From Octopus sinensis (lineage: Eukaryota), in NCBI RefSeq assembly GCF_006345805.1, contig NC_043001.1, forward strand, positions 70,060,001 through 70,124,000: a stretch of DNA of 64,000 nt, read 5' to 3'. The first letter of the stretch is position 1. Each line of letters begins with the position of its first letter. The notes below the pieces were generated by a model. It worked only from the letters and a program-made list of their open reading frames with translations. It was not told the origin of the DNA and made no database searches. The translations under genes and the position numbers were made by a program. Shown here piece after piece: positions 54,951-64,000 of this stretch.

Positions 54951-56401
54951 AATCTTACGTTTTATTACTGATTTCAAACTTTTGGATTTTTTGCTTGGAA
55001 AGATTAAATACGAGTCAAAGAAATTCTGAAAGTAAATGGCACTTAGAACAAATCAACGTTAGACGACGAAAAAACACATTTATCCTCGTCTATTACTTGT
55101 TCATTTATCTCTGTACCTGGCTGAGAGGATGCACTAATTTTGAACCGTGTTATGCTTGTCACGTATTGATCTGTAATAACACGGGGCAAAGACTGCTAGG
55201 ACTGCAAAAAATACACGCAATCGCCCATGCACAATGCTCAGTACGACTTGGGTTCTTGGAAGTAAACCTATTTTCCCCCATGTGTTCTATTTTCCATTCA
55301 TCATTGATCCAGTTAACACAGTGTAATTGTTTTGTTGTTTTTTAAATCAAACACCAATGCCAAATAAAGATAAATGTATTTGGAGCCGATCAAAATTTGG
55401 AGGAGTGCAATAACTAGCACCAGTCACTGCAAGATAGTTACAACCACTTGGTGCCAGTCAATGTTAGTAATGGATGCACAGTTCGAAATACACAATACCT
55501 CGAGATAGGTGATAAAAATGATTTCCACGATGGACTAGTTCTACCTCACTCAATGTGTAAAATCTCTGAAATCCAGTTTCTGCCTTAAATGTCACTGATA
55601 GAGTTTTCAGAAACGCAAGAATATAGTAGAACGTACTTGCAAGTTGATTTTCAACTCAAAAGCACAGAATTCTGATTCTACTTCCGTCACATCCCTACGA
55701 TATATGCACTGATTTGTTACACATGTCGGTAGCATTCAACATTGCCAATATTTCATAGTTGACATTTCAAAGCATAAATAGAAGCTGCAGTTGTAAATGT
55801 TATCACATCTCTCTAGATATGACTTCCAGGATGCAAATAGTAGCAGTTTCAGATAGAGAGGAAATGAGTTTACTTTGAGTATATTACTCTACTGATTCTA
55901 TAAATAAGTGAATCAGAAAGAACATTAAACACACTATACTTTTCTGACATGTCTATATTCACATACAGCATATGAAATACACTTACAGCTTGATCATTTC
56001 AATTTATTGATGAAAATCCTAAACCTCAAACATATGAAAATAATTTCTATGTAAAATATTGTGTATAATTTATGATTGTATAGCGGGTGAAGTATGGAAG
56101 GAATGAAGTCTATCTCTTATGACTTCAAAGAACAGATACAACTGGGCTTACTGAAGCGACACCTTTTATTTACTGTATGTCAATAAATGTGTCTGCATAC
56201 CATAATAAGTAGATTGATGGATAATATTGCAAGCGACTTGTGAGAGATTCGCATTGCTAACAATGATTATAATTATTCACGCACATCATCAACAGGCGCA
56301 CAGACAAATACGCATTAGGTGATCATCAATACGCACTCACGCACACGCAGCTACCACGCACATATGTACACATATATGAGTATATCTGTATGTGCGTATT
56401 A

Positions 56402-56457
<56 letters not shown>

Positions 56458-56581
56458 GTAATGGATTCTGAACTTTAAGGAGAGAGAAAGTAGGTAACTT
56501 TACTGCTGTCCATCGCCAAAAAAACAGTCACACACATTCATACATACACACAAACACACACACATACACATATATATATAT

Positions 56582-56990
56582 AGGCACAGGAGTGGCTTTG
56601 TGGTACTACTTTGCTTACCAACCACATGGTTCCGGGTTCAGTCCACTCTATGGCACCTTGGGCAAGTGCCTTATCCTATGGCCTCGGGCCGACCAAAGCC
56701 TTGAGAGTGAATTTAGTAGACAGAAGCTGAAAGAAACCCGTCGTATATATATATATATATATACGTATAGTATATGTTTGTGTATATGTCTGTGTGTCTG
56801 TGTTTGTCCCCGCCATCACTTACAAACGGTGTTTTGTGTTTACGTCCCCGTTACTTAGCGGTTCGGCAAAAGAGATCGATAGAATAAGTACTAGGCTTAC
56901 AAATAATAAGTTCTGGGAACGATTTCTTTGACTAAAGGTGGTGCTCCTGCATGGCCGCAGTCAAATGACTAAAACAAATAAAAGGAAAGA
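56582..56990 (+). mobile_element. SINE family B, full length
   Basis: GGCACAGGAGTGGC...GGGTTCAGTCC...GCGGTTCGGCAAAAGAG...GCATGGCCGCAGTCAAATGAC. Confidence 0.92.
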
Positions 56991-57184
56991 AGAATAGAAA
57001 CCGAAAAAGTATAGGCTGCGAGTAGGGGTGCTGAAGTAAAACTGAAATAAAATTCAAAACTATATAATGAACAGACATCTCAACTTAATAAAATCCCCAT
57101 ATCATCACACTATTGAATATGAATACGTGTTATAACACCTTGGCATTGAATATATAAAACCCAAAAGCATAAATACATACATAC

Positions 57185-57232
<48 letters not shown>

Positions 57233-57268
57233 CACACAGAAAATGGGATAAAACCTGCAAGAGAAGTA

Positions 57269-57622
57269 CAGATGGAATCGCATGAGGAATAAACATGGAA
57301 TAAAGCTTTGCAAGTAAACGGCGACTGAAATGTTGAAAGCGATAAAAATTAAATAATATTAAAATATAAGACAAAACCAGACAACTGGAATGTGGAACAT
57401 CCTTGAAGATAATTTTCCTGGTGAAAAGCCAAGGCTTGGTGCATTATTGAAATTTGGCGACATCCTTTGATACGGCTGTAGACATGGACTCTGAACGGAC
57501 ATTTTTCGGGTTTCCGTCTTATATTTTAATATTATTTAGTTTCTATCGTTTTCAAACGTTTAGTCGCCGTTTACTTGCATAGATTTATTCCATGTTTTTT
57601 TTTCTTCATAGGATTCCATCTG
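57269..57622. mobile_element. Tc1/mariner-type MITE with ~105-bp TIRs and TA TSD
   Basis: TA|CAGATGGAATC...GATTCCATCTG|TA. Arms 57269-57372 and 57516-57622, roughly 85% identical by eye. Confidence 0.82.
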
Positions 57623-57685
57623 TACACGTCCTTCATACTTTACAATATTCTATATGCATATATATATATATATAATATATTATAT

Positions 57686-57750
<65 letters not shown>

Positions 57751-58046
57751 TATATATATATAATATATATACATACATATATACTTTTGGGTTGGAAATG
57801 TTGAATGCTCAGTTGTTTAAATATGTATTTATGTTCAATAATGTGATGACATCGGGATTTTATAAAGTTCTGTGACCAACTGAGTTTATTAAATCCTTTC
57901 GAATTTATATATATATATATATATATAGATAGATATATGTATGAATGTATGTATCTATATAAAGATAGAAAAAGTAAAGATACGTAGGGTGATACAGAGA
58001 TAGACAGCAGGCAGAGTCCGATTGACAAGCAGACAGACACACGTAC

Positions 58047-58111
<65 letters not shown>

Positions 58112-58112
58112 T

Positions 58113-58143
<31 letters not shown>
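58047..58143. repeat. (GATA)n microsatellite
   Basis: Direct inspection. Confidence 0.97.
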
Positions 58144-58565
58144 CGCGTGCGTGCGTATAAGACATCATTCACCATGTGACTGGAAATAAATGCATATATG
58201 GATTCAACAAATACTTTACAATGCGTTGGTTAATATCTCCAGAGATCGAGACATTTCGAAGAATCCAAGCGAAAATTGATACTTAATTCCAGCTGACGTG
58301 ATACCAAATACATTAAAACCTCCATTGAATAAAACGTTTCCAAATTACTTACAATAATCTGTTTTCTTTGAGAACAGAAATGGGGAAGTATTTAGAAATA
58401 TGCTTTTATTAAGAATGCATCGATACTGAGAATCCTATTATAAATAACATCTAATGGTAGACTTGATTTAAATATCCTCGGATGAAAAAATATGGATGTC
58501 TGTTTGTGGGACTCGAAACAATTCTCTCCATTGAACAAGACATACATGTAACCAACTAAAACGCT

Positions 58566-58787
58566 TTGGTATTGACTTCAGATTTTGGTGCCAGGCCAGG
58601 AATTTCGAGGGAGATGTAAACCGATTACATCGACTCCAGTGTTCATACTGGGTTATAAGCTGTCGATCCCAAAAGGATGAAAGGCAAAGTCGACCTGGAC
58701 GGGTTTTGAAATCAGAACGTAAAGACAGACGAAATGTCGCTAACCATTTTGTCCGGCGTGCTAATGATTCTGCCAGCTCACTGCCTT
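58566..58787 (-). mobile_element. SINE family A
   Basis: CGATTACATCGAC, AAAGGATGAAAGGCAAAGTCGACCT, GATTCTGCCAGCTCACTGCCTT. Confidence 0.88.
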
Positions 58788-59041
58788 ATAACGCTTAGAT
58801 GATACCGACCAGAACTTTATCTACAATTTTAACGATAGTACAAGAAAGTAAAGTTGTTCACATAACAGTTACATACAGAATAATGTCTATATCCGGAAAT
58901 AAAGCAAAACATTCATTAATTTCATGTTTGTTTCAGATAGAAAAAAAATCGACTTTTATATTTAAAGGCAAACACACATACCGGTCTTTAGGAATATTGT
59001 ATATGCATTACTAATTTCATATATTTTTACAAAATGTAATA

Positions 59042-59196
59042 TTGGTTTCAAAATTTGGTACAAACCCAATAGCTGTGGGGAAGAGTGCAATCCGATCACA
59101 CCCACGTCAGTACTCAACTGGTACTTATTTTATCGCCCCCGAAATGATGAAGGACAAAGAACGGATGGAATGCCAAAATATATTTTGCCCGGTGTG
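59042..59196 (-). mobile_element. SINE family A, internally deleted
   Basis: TTGGTTTCAAAATTTGG tail, AACTGGTACTTATTTTATCG, TTTTGCCCGGTGTG. Confidence 0.7.
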
Positions 59197-59308
59197 AGAA
59201 TAAGGACTGTATTAATATTTATATGATTCAGATATCTATTTAAAAAATTGTTTTAAGTCTTAAAAAACGGATAGAACTTCCGATGTAACGTGGTATATAC
59301 ATACATAC

Positions 59309-59339
<31 letters not shown>

Positions 59340-60952
59340 CATGCATGCATACATACATGCATACATACATATATAATGATCGAATGGCAGGCATGCTTTT
59401 CCAAGTAAGTTTTATCTTAATAATTACGATGCGCACTCTTCTATCTCTACTATCTCTTCTCTGTCTATCTCTCTCCCTCTCTTGTTTTTCATCTTTTCTG
59501 GTTTTCTGTCCCACCCTTCCCTGTTCTTCTCTTTTCCTCTTCACCGTTTCCTCTCTCTCACTCTTCCTCCTTCACTCTCTCGTCACTGACACGTGACGAA
59601 AGGGAATCTATCTTTCTGCCCATTTCCTTCCTAAAGACAACACGTGCTTATACTTGTCTCTTCTCATAAGCTCCTCTTCCTAGCGTTCACAATCATTTTT
59701 CTATCGTCTTGGCTTAACAGACCTCAACGTTTGCTTTTACTGTCTTGTTCTCACAGTCCTGTTCTTGTTACCACTTTCACACTCCGCAAAAAATCCTAAA
59801 TTTAATTTAATTTGCTTTGCGGGAAAGACTGTTTCAACGAAGTCACGTCTTGTCCTTGCCTTCAAACGCGGAGTAAATGAAACAGGGACAACTGATGAAG
59901 GGGAATATTCGTTTCTCTATTTGTTTTCGTTGTTCAAAAAAGTTCATTTTCTATGTTTTTGGTTTTGTTTTCGTTTTCATTGTGTTCAACGTTTTTGATG
60001 TCCTGTACCCATATATGCATGTATATATACATATATAAGTAGGTATGTACATATATGTATGTATATATGCATCTTTTTATATGTTATATATATATAACTT
60101 ACTGTTATAAAATCAAGGGTGTTTTACGTTCCATTACTTAATAAGTGGAAAACATACATACATACATGTAAATATATAAAAGAACAGTTGTCATGGGCTT
60201 GTGTCATCTACGGTTAAATTCTACCTATAAATCCGGTTTTCTATTAATGAAGCATCAAGTACTATGAAAATTGTAGCTAACAACATTAAGAATATGAAGA
60301 ATTCCAAAGTGTACGAATATGTGTCTATAAATAGCTTGGAATAACTGAATTTCAGATCGACATTCGGGGGATATTTTTAACACTGTTTTACACTTTGCTT
60401 CATATGCCATGTTCCCACCAACCAGCAACACCTCCGCCAAATATCAAACGTAGTTTCGGCTAGCTGTTGCAGTGAAGTAGTGGAAATACCAATATCTCAT
60501 TGCCACATTTCCCTTTAAGCTCACAGTGTAAATGTATATCTGTTTGTATTTCATAAATGATCTGTTTCCCTCCCTCTTTATACAGGCGGTTATGAAACTG
60601 AGGACATGTACCAATGCATCACTTTATACAATGTGAATACATGTCACACTGAAGAATTAAATGGGAGATTTCTTGAGTCTCGAAGAATTAATGTGTTCAT
60701 AGTTGGCATATTTCATCACTGAACTCTGTAGAGATTGTCTATATATGTGAGTATGAATTGTTTTGCGTAGGTGTGTGTTTGTGCGTCTGCGTACTTATAA
60801 GTATATAGGTGTTTATACGCTTCGCATTTATTTAAACGGATAAATACACACAAGAATTTAATGCAGTATTCCGTATATGAATTATAGGAGGATCTTCAGT
60901 GCTGTGGAAAATATCTATATCTATCTATATCTGTTTATCTATCTATTTCTCT

Positions 60953-61025
<73 letters not shown>

Positions 61026-61036
61026 GTATACTTTAT

Positions 61037-61180
61037 TTAAAAGCAGCAGGAAATTCAACAAAACCTGTTACTCTGAGTTTCACGTTCCCGTTCGTCGGAC
61101 AGTTTTTGCAAAAACTGTCCGACGAACGGGAACATGAAACTCAGAGTAACAGGTTTTGTTGAATTTTCTACTGCTTTTAA
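61037..61180. repeat. Loop-less 144-bp palindrome bounded by TTAA
   Basis: 72-bp arms meeting at TTTTTG|CAAAAA (61108/61109), 3 mismatches. Confidence 0.97.
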
Positions 61181-61254
61181 TAAAGCATATTACTCTACCA
61201 CTGGTATTTGAGTACTCTTTTTTCCACCTTGTTCCACATTTATATGCTTACTCC

Positions 61255-61321
<67 letters not shown>

Positions 61322-61587
61322 TATATATATGTATATATACATTTGTGTATGTGTGTGTATAACAAAAGAGGGGATGGTGTTTCTACGCAGGAAAAAAATA
61401 TAGAAAAATGTGTTGTTGAAAAATGCACCTAAATTTTAAAAACTCGTAAATGTTTAAAATACATTTATTTACATACATCCCAAACTAGTTTCAAAAATAT
61501 CTTTTGTTTATCAATGGTAAAACTTTAAAGTTATAAAATAGAAACACATTTGTGTTTATTATTGGTAAAAGTTTAAAATCATTAAAA

Positions 61588-61656
61588 GTTTCAATGTTGA
61601 CAAATTAAATGTTTCGATGTTGACAAATTAAAATATTTCAATGTTGATAAATTAAC
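61588..61656. repeat. ~23-bp tandem repeat x3
   Basis: gtttcaatgttgacaaattaaat / gtttcgatgttgacaaattaaaat / atttcaatgttgataaattaac. Confidence 0.88.
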
Positions 61657-63259
61657 TTGTTCAAAACAGATAACTTTAGCATTATGAATTAGTAGGACAG
61701 GCGTAAGTTTGGATGTTCATAGCAGTCAATAATATTAAAACTGTATATCAATTTGTTTGTATGTCCAAAGTTCATTAATTTTAGTTTTTGAAATCTAGGT
61801 GCATATATGTATATATAAATACATACATGCATATAATCGTACAGTTCGTCACTATAGGTGCAAATAATATGAAATACGTAAACAAACGAGGGAAAACAAA
61901 ATACGCAATCAACGAGAAAAAAATTAAAAGCAGGGCAAGTTAACACAGAGAAAGGGCCCTGTATTAGTTGTCGGCTCTCTTACAACTCCTCCTTACGATC
62001 ATTCAACGACAATATGGGACTTCAAAGACAGTAGCTCCCATAAATTCTAAAAGAAAATTTAGGATATGTGGATGTTCAAATTCAGGAACAAAAAGCATGA
62101 CAGTAGAGAGCCTCCATGTTTGTTTTAACTTGGTTTCCTTGTATATCTCCACTGTCATACAAGTTCCCAAAGTTGAGCTTCCATAATTCCTAAATTCTAT
62201 TTTAAAATTTATGAGAGCAACTCTATTTAAAGATGCATATTTGTCGTTCGATGCTAGAAATGATAAATTGGTAGACAGCCGATAACTGATGAAGGGTCCT
62301 TTCACTGTGTCACGTTGACCTGTGTTCCATTACTTTCTCGTTGTTTACGTATTTCATGTTATTCGCACCATTGGTGACGTCCTGTACCCATATATTCCTG
62401 TGTGTGTGTATATATATACATATAATGGAAGACAGAAGCTGGAATATACGAGAATATATTATTAATCACAACAATTGTTTCGACACATCTAGCATCGACT
62501 CCTCTTGTGGGACACACAAAATCTGGTTCAGGAGTATCCGGTGGTACAGTCATATCTTGTGTGATAAATAAATAAAATATCTCGTTAAAATGACTGTTCC
62601 ATAATGCAACTTTCCGTTTTGTAGAGTAGAGAGAAAAACAGCCAGGCGGAGGCAATTCTTCATATATATAGAAGATCCAAAAATAAAATTGCAGATACAC
62701 ACACACACACACACACACACACATTTATATAATATATATATATATACTGAGAGAGAGAAGGAGGAGAGAATGCAATTAAAATCACTAGGATTATTTCTTC
62801 ATATTCTTACATCATTTGTTCTTGACTAAGATATTATGCAATCATTATCTTACATCAAAGGTGTAAAATGCGTCTCCTCAGGTGATTGTTTAAATAACTT
62901 CTTCGTTAGATAATGTACCTATTTCATTTAGTGTCATAATGCATAGACAAAGTGATGTGTCATTCCCAGCTGTTTATACGTAAAAATAAACCCATATATA
63001 TAGTGACAGACAAAATACAGATACAATCAGAATAAGAAAGGCATTGATAAAAGAATAGACAAAAGAAAAGAAACTGGTCTGGTTTACTATAAACCTCCCT
63101 ATCGGTTATCTCTAAATACTTTACGTTGGTCTCCATTTTATACTTTAGTATGTCTAGAACGTTCTTCCTTATACTCTGACAATTAAGATAGAATAGTAAT
63201 TTATAGTCATTTGACCCTTTTCTTTACGTTTTTTTTTCTTTTATTTATGTATTTTTATT

Positions 63260-63600
63260 GTGATTGTAATTATATTTTGCCTGCCAACATATCTGAGGAT
63301 TGAGTCTTGTCTGGAAACTGCTGGGAAAGACACATCACTTTCAGTATGTATTATCACACGCAGTGAAATGGTGAGAGAATATAACGAAGAACTATTTAAA
63401 CAACTACCTGAGGAGCTGCATTTTGCATCGTGTATATATGAGACGATAATTATTGCATATTGAACTAAAGGTCTGAGAATGTGACAAAACAATGGTGGTG
63501 ATTTAAAATAAAGAATGCCGCTAATTCTATTTTCTTTTGTTTACCTATATAAACTCAACGAAAATTGTGGAATCACATATGTATTTCTATTGTGTGAAGA
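63260..63600 (+). pseudogene. Possible decayed Helitron/PIF1-like helicase fragment
   Basis: CIITRSEMVREYNEELFKQLPEELHF and downstream DLK*RMPLILF...KLNENCG loosely resemble AILxPxNxxVxxxNxxLLxxLPGE and LKxGxPIxLLRN...LCNGT. Confidence 0.3.
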
Positions 63601-63790
63601 TATCTGGAGCATTTCCACAGTATGACAGTATAACATAATAATCAGGTAGCCAATTATTATGGACGAGGTTCGGTTATCATTCTACAAACTTTTTATCCCA
63701 ATCTCAATTAATTATATGTGTGTATGTGTGTGTGTGCGTGTGTCTATATATCTGCATGTATATAAGCTTATATATTTGTACATATTTATA

Positions 63791-63841
<51 letters not shown>

Positions 63842-64000
63842 GCATTTACAAGAACACTAATATATACGTACACGTACATACATTTCTGCCTTACGTGTAA
63901 ACTTCACATTTATAAATAACTGCACACAATTGAGAGAAGTATTGATAATCCAGCAATCTCTAACTTTTATCATGTTATCGTTCGATCCTTGAAATGTATT

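Noticed and set aside
62003-62305. ORF with kinase-like FEHPHIL
   Set aside because: Lacks all other kinase motifs and convincing splice sites.
62470-62512. Minus-strand CAC-AAGAGGA...GAAAC-AATT-GTT-GTG hammerhead-like string
   Set aside because: Core and helix II are too degenerate to distinguish from chance.

Overview
AT-rich, microsatellite-dense, repeat-dominated eukaryotic DNA with no intact protein-coding gene that I can support. The two tRNA-like SINE families and the (TA)n/(GATA)n/(ATT)n load resemble what I recall of Octopus (coleoid cephalopod) genomes; this is recognition, not a database result. Recognisable content: three decayed mariner transposons, Penelope-like (RT + GIY-YIG) remnants, a near-full-length restriction-like-endonuclease (R4/Dong-type) LINE plus two fragments that all end in (TAA)n, an RTE-like remnant, three non-autonomous Helitron-like elements and about 12 SINE copies. 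Most long ORFs in the track are microsatellite read-throughs. Most notable observations: (1) an apparently intact minimal type I hammerhead ribozyme at 19341-19383, with several decayed relatives; (2) a ~385-bp-arm foldback duplicated in tandem (38319-41029); (3) many other inverted repeats, including a loop-less 144-bp palindrome bounded by TTAA; (4) two SINE copies sharing a 5' leader better conserved than the SINE body; (5) a Penelope copy with an internal 5' inversion. All alignments and identities were judged by eye.
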